In this document: positions 24,105 through 35,760 of the stretch, one piece after another | Position numbering within the stretch: the stretch's first letter is position 1 | Layout: each line of letters begins with the position of its first letter | Assembly (NCBI GenBank): GCA_002269645.1 | Contig: NIVC01001020.1 | Location: 310,001 to 374,000 of the forward strand | From: Macrostomum lignano | Taxonomy: Eukaryota | Direction: 5' to 3' | Length of the DNA stretch: 64,000 nt | The notes under the pieces: generated by a model | What the model was told of the DNA's origin: nothing | What the model saw: only the letters and a program-made list of their open reading frames with translations | Databases searched by the model: none | Made by a program: the position numbers and the translations under genes

Positions 24105-24860
24105 TCAGGGGTAGAAGGCGGTGCTGAAGAACAGTCCATGCTGTCGGCCCATCCGCATCATTCCAGCCGACATAGGAGTCTGGTAGGACTTGTCGTAGGA
24201 GCCCGGCGCCGGGACCTTGTTGTAGGATGAGACAAACCGTGGGCAGCTGGAACGGAACGATGAGCGCACGCCCTGCTGGCTCAGCGTGCTCCGACTCGAA
24301 TCGTACGCACCTGGAGGCGGTCCTTCGCGCGGCTCGAACTCCTTGATGACGCGACGGGATCGCGACTTGAAGCAGGAGCCTCTGGCTGGCTCGGGGTCGA
24401 CGCGGATGCTGTGGTAGGTCTCCACGTTGTACTGCCCGGGTGTCAGGTTCGACAGCTGTCGATCTACCAGACCTTCGGTCAGTGCGTCCAGCGAGGATTT
24501 CTTCGAGTTGCGGAAACCGTAGCTGCGAATGTCTTTGCTCATCTCGTCAGTGAAGCTGCGGTGGCTGTAGGCTCCAGGCGGCACTCCGCTGCCTCCACCG
24601 CCGCCCAGGCCCGTTGCCGCTTCAAGGTTGCGCTGCCGGCCGGAGCTCTTGAAGGTAGACGAAGGATAGTTGACTCGCTGTATGGAGCTGACCTCGCGCG
24701 GCTCGTACTGACCGACTGCCGGGTAGCGGTTGAGCTGGTCCCGCCACCACGCGCTGCGGTCGGTGGGCTTGTACCGGTCCCAGTCGTTCAGGGGCGCTGG
24801 CGGCAGTACTCTTGGCTGGTGCTGGCGTCTCTCAGTAGGCAGCGCTTCCAGCTGGCTCAT
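24105..24860 (-). CDS. PG-rich repeat (SHIPPO/STPG/ODF3-like) ciliary or sperm-tail microtubule-associated protein
   Basis: Repeats PAVGQYEP, TPGQYN, PPPGAYD and PAPGSYD, with C-terminal GRQHGLFF. The start has a strong Kozak context (GCCGCCATG). Confidence 0.75.
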   Translation of the reverse strand: MSQLEALPTERRQHQPRVLPPAPLNDWDRYKPTDRSAWWRDQLNRYPAVGQYEPREVSSIQRVNYPSSTFKSSGRQRNLEAATGLGGGGGSGVPPGAYSHRSFTDEMSKDIRSYGFRNSKKSSLDALTEGLVDRQLSNLTPGQYNVETYHSIRVDPEPARGSCFKSRSRRVIKEFEPREGPPPGAYDSSRSTLSQQGVRSSFRSSCPRFVSSYNKVPAPGSYDKSYQTPMSAGMMRMGRQHGLFFSTAFYP

Positions 24861-26826
24861 GGCGGCTACAGCGGCTGCTCTTTTTTCCCGTTGCAGAAGA
24901 ATTTACTTTTAACGGAAAATGTACAGTCTCGATGCTGATGCAGCTATGACAACAGGTGGGATGAACTGATTGGAAAGTTCCCCCGGTTTGCGCCTTTCCT
25001 CCCCTTTATTCAATTCTCTTTTTACCGGCTGCGCTTCCTTTTCAGCCGCTTAAAACCAGCTCAGGAGGGCCTCTGTCTGGGCGCGGGTCGATGGCGCTTG
25101 CGACAGCGGGATGCTGAGTGGGAAGAGGGAGGAGGGGAAGAGGGAGAGTCAGTGCTTGAATGAGAATAAACTGAGTATGTTTAAGAGTTTTTAAAGAGCA
25201 GTTCTGGGGGAGCGGCTGGCATAAATCATTCAGTGGTTGGGGTGGTCGTAGACTGTTTTATTCTGTCTCTACATTTCTCGCCGCATTGTCACTGAGCAGA
25301 CAGCCTGTGTCCTCTCCACCCCCTGTCTCTCTGTCTTTCTCGTTCCTGAAGCAACTGCTCAAACTCAGCAACGGTATAGTGGCAGTGTCAGTTTCTACTT
25401 CATACACCGCTGCAGGAGTATCTCTCTCTCGCTCGCTCTCTTCATCCAGCTCACAGCCTCTCCTCCCTTCATCTCCGCCCTCCCAGCCAACAAGCGCACT
25501 GGATAGAGACTGCGGCACCGCGCGCCAGAACCGGTCTGGCGCCTGAGCTGGCTGGGACTGAGCTATCTATGAGCTAAGAGAATGAAAAAATATTGAAGGG
25601 AGGAGGGTGAATTTGAAGTGGCTGAGTTGATCTGTTTGAACGGCTCACAGAGAGGAGTGCAGAAGAGACAGGAGAGAGAGAGGGAGAAGGCAGTCTGCGG
25701 CGGAAGACGCCCTCCTCACCACCTGAAAATGCATCGCACACAAGTGCAGGTGCTGCAGGCGCATCTCAGAACGGTGGCTGCGGGTGGGGTGTGAGGTTGA
25801 GCCCAGGAAAAAATATTGGCATAGCGACGAGCCTCACATTCTCCGCTAGAGCTCATGTTCTCTGTCTGTCTATTTTTTATTCGGCTTAAGCTTTACTGTA
25901 ACGTTGCACCAATGCCGTCAGCTGCTGAATGCGCAGCCAAGTTTGCCAAGCCACCAGTTCGTAAAAAAAGTTTTGTTTAATAGCGTTTTAGCGCTTTCTA
26001 ACGGAAGTCCTAAAAAGGGGCGGGACTTTGTCAACTTTGTTACATGGGTAACACTGAGTAAACTTTTTTGAGTGAGTAGCTATAACCCTACATAACTGTG
26101 TTGGTAGTAAACATGCGCGATTTCTTCACCCAAAATCAAATTTTAGACATTCTTAATTTGTTTTCTGACATCAATGCAGGTCTGAGTTATCTATGTGCCA
26201 GAAAACTTCAAGATGTCAAAATAGTTCAAATGTGTACCCAAGGACAATTACATTTTTTGTCCAACACATAAAACTGGGTGTAATTCAATGTCAAAAAATG
26301 AAAATAAGCTTCAAAAGAACTCGCCTAACTACTATCAGGCCTCGAAGTCTGTGTTTTATTCAGTTTTTGTTATTTTACTACATGCCCAAATAGCACTCAA
26401 CTTGTTTTTCCAACAATTCTTGGCAACGGCAATTCGATGGAGTGAGTTGCATTCGATTCTAGAACTGAGACTAGAACTGAACTGAATCGCAAAAACTGAG
26501 AGACCTTTCTAATGGCTTATGTTTCGACTCTAAGAAATAACCTGACCCTCGAATTTCCAGGCACAATTGATTTCCTTTTGAATTTATTATCAACTCACCT
26601 GCTTAAGACATGTTATTCAGTAAATAACAAGTAGCAACTGAAGACGGGAAAAAGGTTGCTTGGGTAGACAGGTTCTTTCATAAATCTGCTGTCGCATCTA
26701 CCTTAACAATACAATTTTACTTTGCCATGATGTCGGAAACGGTCTGCTGAAATGTAAAATTAACAACCAGTGTGCAGAGAACTCCGGTCGAGTCTCAGGC
26801 ACTTCAGCTTGAGTAAAGTCCCGTCT

Positions 26827-27634
26827 TCAGTAGAACCCAAACGCGATGAACTCGCAGATTGTCAGAGCCTGGGCGGGTCGCTGCGAGCCACAACTCGGAC
26901 CCGAGAGCCGAAAGCGCCGCAGGTGAAGTTGGCCACGGAGAACGGAGCGCTGAGCCTCACCTGGTTGCACACGGACCCGTCAACCAGCAGGTCGAACTTG
27001 TTGAGCCTCTCAGCGCAGCAGTCCTGCCTGTTGTGGATGGTGACGAAGGACACAAACAATGGAACAGCCAGGCCGGCCTCCCACCACTCGTTAGCACTGG
27101 ACTTTGTGTGGGTGCACATGTCATTCGAGCTGCTGGATCTGGCGTCGCCATCGAATGCTCGGTCGCAAAGATACCTGTCCGCATAGTAGTTGGAGCTCTG
27201 GCTGCAGTTCAAAAACTTCAGCTTTTTGATGTCTGAAATTATGAAAGCTGTGAGAACAGATAAATGCAGAGGAATTTGTGAAGATAAGCAATAAATGTCA
27301 GAGTTGCAAAATCTCGTCTAAATTTACCCAGCACGTAGACATCGCACGAGCCGGTGCTGACCCAGGCGCTGGCATTGAGGAACGCCTGCAGGTCGAACAG
27401 CCGACACGCTCCGAGCAGCCAGTAGAAGCCGAAGCAGCCCGGCCTGCGGCTGCACAGGAAACCACAGCTGATCTTGTTCGGTCTGGGCTGCACGAGAAAC
27501 TCCGGCGGAGCGACGGCGCTGCTCTTGTTGACTCGATCGAATCGATCAGACTTGGTGAGCACTTCAGCAGAGGCAACCAGCAGAGACACTGAGCCACAGA
27601 GCGCGAGCACACAAACCGGAAAGGAAATCGGCAT
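26827..27634 (-). CDS. Secreted PAN/apple + F-type lectin (fucolectin, F5/8 type C fold) paralog A, with a 1-bp frameshift near the C-terminus
   Basis: Signal peptide; PAN core SCGFLCSRRPGCFGFYWLLGACRLF; phase-1 intron 27327-27233; canonical fucose-binding motif H-x26-R-x-D-x4-R (CTHT..NRQDCCAER). A 1-bp deletion at about 26870 relative to paralog C gives an early stop at 26862. The paralog-equivalent end LTICEFIAFGFY* (stop at 26827) is in the shifted frame. Confidence 0.82.
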
Positions 27635-28519
27635 GCTTTTGAATGCAGAATCTGATGCAGTCTGTCGACCTGCTTCCAGTCTTCGATTTCCAGCTGCGAG
27701 CTATGCAGCGCTTTTAAGACTTTTCGCGTTTTTTTTTCCAACGACATTTCGTGACATTCGCTATGCATTGTGAACCCAAACTGACTGCTAAAAAAAGCGT
27801 TTGCTTAAACCTTGGTGTTCGCGTGACTTCAAGCGCGACTCCAGCCAAACTCACACGCAGTTTCTGACTGACTGCATCAGGCGTTGGAAGCTCGTGGGCA
27901 CAGGAAGAAAAGTTTTTTCTTCTCTGAAAATCATTGATAGTAAATTTCAGAATTCTGTTTGTACTTTTGTGTCCAATATTGTTTAGTCAGTGAGAGAACA
28001 GTGGAAAATACATGTAGCAATGCAGCATCAGCGCGACTCTCAGAGCATCGAAGGCCTATTAAAACCTGATCCAACATAAATAATTAAATTAACAACAAAT
28101 CAGAGATCCATAAGTATCCACAGAGATCCACAGTCCGGCTGCATGTCTGCATGGTTCCAGTTTGTCTTCCAAGTTCTTTTAGGGTAATTTAATTAGAAAA
28201 TCTGGAACCTGCTTAATGTTTTCATCTGTCTTAGGACGTCGCAAATATCTTCTCAGATGATCACTCATCGAATGCCATCTCCAGAAACGAGCTTGCTGGG
28301 GGCATATATTATCAGTATTAAACCTTCTGAGCCCGTCAGACTGCAAGCACACTTCAGCAAATTCCATACTGCCTGGAAACTACAGCTGAAGTCACAGCAA
28401 CAGGCAACTGAGTTGCTGAGTAGATTTTATGGCTTAAAAGTCATGTGCAGAGAGCTTTTTATCAAACGAGACCAAAGCAACTATGTTTAGTAAATGAAGC
28501 TGGGGCCGCAGGCGGGCCA

Positions 28520-29017
28520 TCACTTTCTATTCTCATTCTCCAGCTCCTTCATGTACAGCGCAAACAGCGGCGGCGACATCTGGATGTCGATGTTAGGCTG
28601 GCGCAGTCGCACCGCTCTGGGATGCTGCGGCAGCGGGTAGGGCCCGAAAATCCTCAGAGTGGTGTACTTTGAGGAGTCCTCGCCAGCCGTCCAGCCGATG
28701 TGGATGTAGTCGCCGTACAACAAGTTGTACCACCTGCTGTGCACCCTGTACGAGTTCACCAGAGTGCCCGAGATGCTGTGATCGTAGTACCACATGGTGG
28801 TCCCGGAGTCGTCCCGGTGCAGGAAGATGAAGCCGTGGTAGCGGCACACCCGCGTGTCCTCAACCAACATGAGGTCGTTCTCGCGGTCGCTGCCGATTCG
28901 GTACACGGAGTCGTAGAGCTCGAACACAAAGTCGGGGAATATTCGAGGACAGAGATTGCGCGGCTCCAGCATGCCCCAGGGGCGCCTGACGCCGTCCTGC
29001 TGCTGCTGCTGCTGCAT
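28520..29017 (-). CDS. Small stand-alone FHA-domain protein (non-canonical binding motifs)
   Basis: PWGML; YRIGSDRENDLML; VCRYHGFIF; DHSISGTLVNS; LLYGDYIHIG. This is FHA beta-sandwich spacing. Confidence 0.72.
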   Translation of the reverse strand: MQQQQQQDGVRRPWGMLEPRNLCPRIFPDFVFELYDSVYRIGSDRENDLMLVEDTRVCRYHGFIFLHRDDSGTTMWYYDHSISGTLVNSYRVHSRWYNLLYGDYIHIGWTAGEDSSKYTTLRIFGPYPLPQHPRAVRLRQPNIDIQMSPPLFALYMKELENENRK

Positions 29018-30165
29018 ATCACCTTGGCATTGCTTAGTAATAGAATGATTAGTGCGCTATGCAGGACGGAAGCCACTATTATATCATTGTTGAGGTGATT
29101 TTTAAGTCCTTCAATCAAGGAGTTCTATAAGTAGCAATCTGGAGTGGAAACGAGTTTTTCAGTTTTACCTCATGAGGCCAGACTAGCATAGACAGAGTCA
29201 GACAGAGCCATAGACATTCAGTGCTGGCTCCTTATTCTTTACAATTGGCGTGGCCTCATGAGGTAAAACTCGCTTCCGCTCCAGATAGCTAATTGTAGAA
29301 CTCCTTGCCTCCAATGAAGCCGGATCTTTTACACCTTGGATGTCTATGGCCAAAACACGAAAAGCAACTTAGAAGCCGAGTGTAATTCATAATACGCCTA
29401 ACGCACAATATATCAATAATCTTATAATAACAATATATGTAATTTCATACAGTACTTTAATTGACCTTTGACGCCCGCTCGATCTGAACTGCTGCTCACT
29501 TTTACTCAAAACCTTTAACAGTTCTGTACCTTTGTAGATGTCAAAAAGAACGCCTATGAAAACAGTCCCCCTCGGAGAATACGAGCTACAGCTGTAGTTG
29601 AATATCTTGACGGCCTGGAAGGCTTCCGAAGTGATTCCAAAAACAATGACCCTTTCATTGACTCCGATTCGCAACCCCCAAGGAGTCGTCACGGGACCAA
29701 ATCCGAACGGTTATGAAAAATAGTCAAAAATGCAGACAGTGAAATCGAACTCACGACCGTAGACTAGAGCAAACACGGAGTTCCGCCAGGCGGCGCCTCT
29801 GCGCAGAGTTGCCAGTGCAGGCGACTCATCGGCTTTCGCCCACAGGAAGAGCCGCAGAAGCAATCAGACCTGTACTGCACGCCGAAGCATGGCGAGCCCC
29901 TCTGAGATCAGAAGCTGCTGCAAAACTCGTGCGACATCCTGCTGCTGATCTTTTTGGAGCAGCCGAAGCAGGCGAACTGAGTGACCGCACCGCACCGGCG
30001 ACTGTACGGGCAATGATAGCAGAGTTCTTGCGGGACATTTGGTACCTTTTGCTGTTGGCGAAGGCTGCTCAGCTACCTGCTTTATACTCACCACAACTAA
30101 AGGCACATTGTTGCAGACACTTCTGGTTGTACTACTTATAGTAGCAAACCTGAGCATAAACTATA

Positions 30166-30865
30166 GGTTGTAGCCTTAGTGCGGAGTTGTAGCCTAGTAG
30201 GGGGTTGTAGCCTAGTGGGGGTTGTAGCCTAGTGGGGGTTGTAGCCTAGTGGGGGTTGTAGCCCAGTGGGGGTTGTAGCCCAGTGGGGGTTGTAGCCTAG
30301 TGTGGGTTGTAGCCTAGTGGGGGTTGTAGCCCAGTGGGGGTTGTAGCCTAGTGGGGGTTGTAGCCCAGTGGGGGTTGTAGACTAGTGGGGGGTTGTAGCC
30401 CAGTGGGGGTTGTAGCCTAGTGAGGGGTTGTAGCCTAATGGGGGTTGTAGCCTAGTGGGGTTGTAGCCTAGTGGGGGTTGTAGCCTAGTGTGGGTTGTAG
30501 CCTAGTGTGGGTTGTAGCCTAGTGTGGGTTGTAGCCTAGTGGGGTTGTAGCCCAGTGGGGGTTGTAGCCTAGTGTGGGTTGTAGCCTAGTGGGGGTTGTA
30601 GCCCAGTGGGGGTTGTAGCCCAGTGGGGGTTGTAGCCCAGTGGGGGTTGTAGCCTAGTGGGGGTTGTAGCCTAGTGTGGGTTGTAGCCTAGTGGGGGTTG
30701 TAGCCCAGTGGGGGTTGTAGCCTAGTGGGGGTTGTAGCCCAGTGGGGGTTGTAGACTAGTGGGGGTTGTAGCCCAGTGGGGGTTGTAGCCTAGTGGGGGT
30801 TGTAGCCTAGTGGGGGTTGTAGCCTAGTGGGGGTTGTAGCCTAGTGAGGGGTTGTAGCCTAGTGG
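30166..30865. repeat. 17-bp minisatellite (GTTGTAGCCTAGTGGGG)n, about 40 copies, derived from the SINE 5' end / A-box
   Basis: The last unit reads directly into the SINE body (GTTGTAGCCTAGTGG-TTAGAGCGTGGGACTCACGAC). Confidence 0.93.
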
Positions 30866-31110
30866 TTAGAGCGTGGGACTCACGACTTGAGGGTCAGGGG
30901 GGGGGGTTAGATTCTCGAACCACTCGGAACAATATCCGTCCTTGAGCAAGACACTTAACTCTGCATTGCTTCAGCTCACGCAGCTGTAAAATGGGTGCCA
31001 GTATTGACATGTTATTTGAGGGGAGTGGCGACCCCCAGTCCTTGGACTGAACAGGCATACGAGATTCGCCGCGAAATAGCTGCGGTTGAGCTGTCGGTTG
31101 CACATCAATA
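30847..31110 (+). mobile_element. tRNA-derived CORE-type SINE (copy 2)
   Basis: It shares head and core with copy 1 (GACTCACGACTTGA..CCTTGAGCAAGACACTTAACTCTGCATTGCTTCAG..GCTGTAAAATGGGTGCCAG..CCCAGTCCTTGGACTGAACAG). The B-box is degenerate and the tail differs from copy 1. Confidence 0.8.
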
Positions 31111-31351
31111 AAGAATTGAGCAGAACGATTACTGCATTTGCTCACAGTATTTGATGATATTTTTGTCACCTTTGTATTTTTATCAAGATTAGTGTTTTTC
31201 AGTTTGTTGGAATTTGTTTAGAAAAATCTTTTCAAAGAGATAGATTTGGACTCTGGTAGTGTGAATCAATCCATTCCGCTATCTTGGATGCCCTTAAGTA
31301 TCTAAATATTGCAGTTTGACAATTAATCAATAGTAATTCCAGCGTCTTGTT

Positions 31352-32357
31352 ACAAAACCAGCATCTCGAACTCCATCAGTGAGTATAGTAGTAGCCGAAA
31401 TACAAGCTCCAAATGACACCCTGAGCATAGGGATCTCCAGTGGCCTTAGAGGCATCTCTGTAATACTCATTCGGGTGCGTGCAGTGGCAGGCGGTGAACC
31501 ACCAGGCTCCGTGAAAAATCACTGCGCAGTTACAATCAGAGCAAGTGTCGTGATCGGCGTCCTTTGTGGTGAACTGCTGCCCGTTTAGAGCAGAAAAGCA
31601 GTCGCCGATGCCGGCGCTGCCGGAGAAGCCGGACACGCTCAGCCGGTAGTTGTCGGACTCGGGACCCACGGAGAAGCTGGAGTACTCAGCCCAGTGCTCA
31701 GAGCCGTTCCAGGCTTTCATGAGAAACCGCACCTTGTGACTTCCATGCTGCGTGATTTCGTGAAGAGCGTTCAGACCTGAAGTAGCAATTGCCAAGCCAT
31801 TAGCAGTAGGCATTTGAACATGCAGATATTTTAGTCTGTACAATAGCTCTAATAGGTCACAACTTTTTGGTCCTCACCGATCCAGTAGTTTCCGTCGGGT
31901 CCCTCGCCGAACTCGCTCTGGTACTGAGTCCAGTTGCGGTAAAAGTCCACTGAGCCGGACACCCTGTGCTGCACGGTGGTCCAGCAGTCACTGCCGGCTG
32001 TCTGCAAGGAGACGTCACGCATTCTAAATGAAGGCATTCGAAGAAGCAACGAAGAGCTAATTCAGTATCTTACCCATAAACCACGCGGAGCTGCCTTGTT
32101 TAAACTGCGCGGCACTTCCTGCAGTGGCTCAGGCCCAGGCGACACCTGAAGTGAGCGCACAGTCCGGAGCTGGCGTTGAACGCTGGCAGCAGCTGAGCAC
32201 TCAATTCTGGACCGGACCGAGAACGATTTGACAACTTCGTAATCGGAGAGGCTCTCGTCGCTTGCCCACCAACCGACTCGGAGGAAGCTGCGTCAGACGC
32301 GCCAATGCGACCTGCGGCTAGCAGTAGAAGCATGAGAGCATTGAAGTTTTGCAACTG
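31352..32357 (-). pseudogene. Fibrinogen-related (FReD/FREP/ficolin-like) gene with frame disruptions
   Basis: [30 protein letters not shown]|GLNALHEIT..WAEYSSFSVGPESDNYRL..FTTKDADHD..NCA..GAWWFTACH. The terminal SLMEFEMLVL* lies in a shifted frame after YYY. Exon 1 (signal peptide plus a PAN-like remnant) has a stop before its donor. Assembly error cannot be excluded. Confidence 0.72.
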
Positions 32358-33954
32358 CATTTCTCTTTTCATTGCGCTGCCCGAATGAAAGTAAAAGCTA
32401 CCTTGGCTGACACTGCTTTCTTGCTTGTTTTCATCTTTTATGGCAATTTAACACAAAGCGTGAAAGCCACTGCAAAGACACCGACTGTTGATTGACAAGT
32501 CTGTTGTTGCGGATGCAACAAGCAGGAAGTCTTATTCATGGTTTGAGACCATTGTTTGGGCGGCTGGCCTGACTCACTCACCTAAGCTTGGCTCCGCTAT
32601 ATATCGCGATGGCTTCTCTGCTTCCTGCGTCTTTGCTGGAAGAAACTTTCTTGCAGTCAGGAAGGCCAGCAAACTGTGGTTGAAAGAGTCTCCGAATCAA
32701 TAATAATGGCATTGTCGCTGCAATGAGCTCACCTGAATGGTGTTCCCTGTTTAGTGGAAAAAACTCTGCAAACAGATTTTTTTCTGAATCTTTGCTTTTT
32801 AAAAGCAAGGTCGAAAGCACATCAAATGTGAGGAGTCAGTTTTAGTCAGACTCCAATGGCGAGTGGTTCCTCACTATGACGGTCTGTCCTGACTCGGCAA
32901 CAGACTCAACTACCTCGGTCCTGACTCGAACTTCTCTGCGCTTCAGACTTGGCTGTCCGACAATCTCGGCCAGCTCGTATGGGAACTGAAGAATTCAGTT
33001 TGTCCGAGCTACAAAGCTCAGCCCCCTGATTTCTCTGGACCCACGTTGCGACATCCCAGATCTTCGTTACACCACATCAACAGATTCTCGATGTTGAATC
33101 TAATAAGTACCTACTTTATATCACTTTACTACAAATGTATTATTGAATATATTTAGAAACTTGGTAGCGCGGATTATCCCGAAGGTTTCTGCATTAATTG
33201 ATCATCTGTTTTGTGAGTTGGGAGAATTAAAATCTGACACTACTTATACAGTAGTAACATGTGGCACAAGTATCTCCAATTGAGCATTGCATTCAATTCA
33301 TTCATTCAAGGCTGCTTGCCTTCTCCTATAGTAGAATTTGATTGCCATCATGTGCGCTTCCATCTGACATTTATCCCAGCTATGTATTTGCCAAGTTTGT
33401 CAAGACTGATAGATCAGGGCGTGGGAAAGGGAGTCGAGGGTGATCAGACATTATCGCAACACTGGAATTGCTGGCCCCTTCAGTTGGGCTGAATTTCAAA
33501 AACACACCATCTCTGACAAAATATTTGACTGATTAGTCAGTTCAATTGTTTGAAAAAGAACCTACTTCACGAACACTTTTTGGCATATTGTCACAACATT
33601 TTTGACAACGTGACATTAAAAGACAGCTATAATTAGGCACAAAATCTTTCATCTAAACTTTTTGTCTCTTAGGAAGCCAATCAAAAGACAATGGCTTGCA
33701 TCTCAATCATTCATCGGTTGTCATTTGTGTTGCTGTGTGCAAATTCTTTTAGCAACAGCTCTCAAGCTTCTCAAGCAGCGAGAGTTGCTCCAGCTGGGAG
33801 GGCAGGCTGAATTTTCGCCTTCCCATTGTTGAATTGCTTGGGCTGGCGTTTCTACCCATCCAGGCCTTCAGAATCAGGAATATGAGCCTTCGCAGAAAAC
33901 GCGCTTAGGATGGAATTGATTTTGAAATTCTGCAGCAACTCCAATCTCAAAACA

Positions 33955-34585
33955 ATGCAGCCAACTGTAGCAATTTTCTTCTTAGCTGTCTTCGTCTTCG
34001 GGACGGGCGCAGCCGCAGCGGAGGCCCTCCGGCCGGTTGCGCAATTTGTTGCGACCAGAACGGGCAGCGCTGTTGCTCCGTTGGAGTTTCTGGCTCAGAA
34101 CGGACCCAACTTGATCAGCTGCGGCTTCGTGTGCAGCCTGAGGTCGGGCTGCTTGGAGAGTGTCGGCTGTTCAACTTGCAGGCGTTTTCCACTACCAGCT
34201 CCTGGGTCAGCGTGGAGAAGAGCGATGTGTTTGTTCTGCGTAACTGGAACTTATTTTCGGCACGATCTTACGTCAACAATTGCGTTTCGAAACAAAAGCT
34301 ACAAAAACGCACTTCATTTCAGCCGTTTCAAAGCTTTCAATCGCCAGCTGCATCCAGTCGAGCAATAAAAGCGCCAGCAGAGGCTGCGAGAAGGCTTACG
34401 ACGGCAACACTCGCGCTGTAATGACGGGGGAGTCCTGCGCCAACACGCAACTCGATTCCAACTCGTGGTGGGAGGCCGTCCTGACCGCTCCGTCCGTCGC
34501 GTCTTACGTCACCATTTACAACCGGCAGGACTGCTGCCCATGGAGGTTCAACTTTTCTTTCTTGAAATTCCTTCAGAAAAAGTAG
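33955..34585 (+). pseudogene. PAN + F-type lectin paralog B, pseudogene
   Basis: Homologous to paralogs A and C with the same phase-1 intron. It has a 19-bp deletion between GGCTGCT direct repeats in the PAN exon (frameshift), a His-to-Asn change in the lectin motif (CANT), and homology ends after RQDCCPWRFN. Confidence 0.8.
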
Positions 34586-34932
34586 GAGAGTCAAAAGTTG
34601 TTTATTGGTAGTCGTATTGAGGAGAGTTTGACTATAGATGTACATCCTTCATAACCCATGTCCCATTACAATATTTCTGAGTTTGAATAAATGGAACTTG
34701 ATTGACCAGCCTCATAAAGCCGATGTCAAATTAAGTGGCAGAAGGGAAAAAGAAGATCGAATTCTCTGAATTTCTTCTTGATAAAACGTTTAGAAAACTT
34801 GGAAAATAGCAGCAGGTGATTATGACACAGACATTCGAATCTAGATGTTTATCTTGTAACCCACTTGTTAATTAGTATGGTATTTCACTGGGCATTCGGT
34901 GATCCAACACTGAATTTCTCAGAATTCCTCGA

Positions 34933-35760
34933 TCAGAAGAAGCCGTAGGCCATGAACTCGCAGATTGTCAGAGCCTGTGGCGGGTCGCTGCGAGCCACAA
35001 CTCGGACCCGAGAGCCGAAAGCGCCGCAGGTGAAGTTGGCCACGGAGAACGGAGCGCTGAGCCTCACCTGATTGCACACGGACCCGTCAACAAGCAGGTC
35101 GAACTTGTTGAGCCTCTCAGCGCAGCAGTCCTGCCTGTTGTGGATGGTGACGAAGGACAGAGACGGGGCGGCGAGGCCGGCCTCCCACCACTCGCTAGCA
35201 TTGAACTGAGTGTGAGAGCAGGAGTCGGACCACAGAGACTGGCTCGTGTTACCGTTGATAGCTCTGTTGCATGGGTAGAACCATGTCGGACTGGTTGAGC
35301 TCTGGCTGCAGTCCGCAACCGGCAGCTTCTTGAAATCTGATCGAGAGACAATAAATGTATCTACTCATAAGATACAATCAATGAGTTTACAGAAGCTGTT
35401 GTTATATTAACAAAAAAGAACCAAAGTGAGCGAAAGCACCAGAAACGCACCCAGCACGAAGACGTCGCACTTGCCGGTGCTGACCCAGGCGCTGGCATCG
35501 TAAAACGCCTGCAGGTCGAACAGCCGACACGCTCCGAGCAGCCAGTAGAAGCCGAAGCAGCCCAACCTGTGGCTGCACATGAAGCCGCAGCTGCGCTCGC
35601 TGAGTCCGGGCTGCGATAGAAACTCTGGCGGAGCGACAGCGCTGCCCGTCCTGGCCGCGGTGAACCGGACAGCCGGCCTGGGCACCTCCGCAGCTGCGAC
35701 AGCCAGAAGCGCTGCGAGACCGCAAAGGAAACTTATCCAGATGATGATGTTTGACTGCAT
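34933..35760 (-). CDS. Secreted PAN/apple + F-type lectin paralog C (intact); exons 35760-35451, 35336-34933
   Basis: Signal peptide and PAN core. Exon 2 reads DFKKLPVADCSQSS..CSHTQ..EWWEAG..NRQDCCAERLNKF..LTICEFMAYGFF*. This frame is not in the ORF track because it has no start codon of its own. Motif spacing is H-x25-R. Confidence 0.86.

Noticed and set aside
29690-30157. Overlapping short ORFs on both strands
   Set aside because: No motif or homology recognised.
32840-33100. GC-rich coding-like stretch (LGNRLNYLGPDSNF...)
   Set aside because: No start codon, splice context or recognisable motif.
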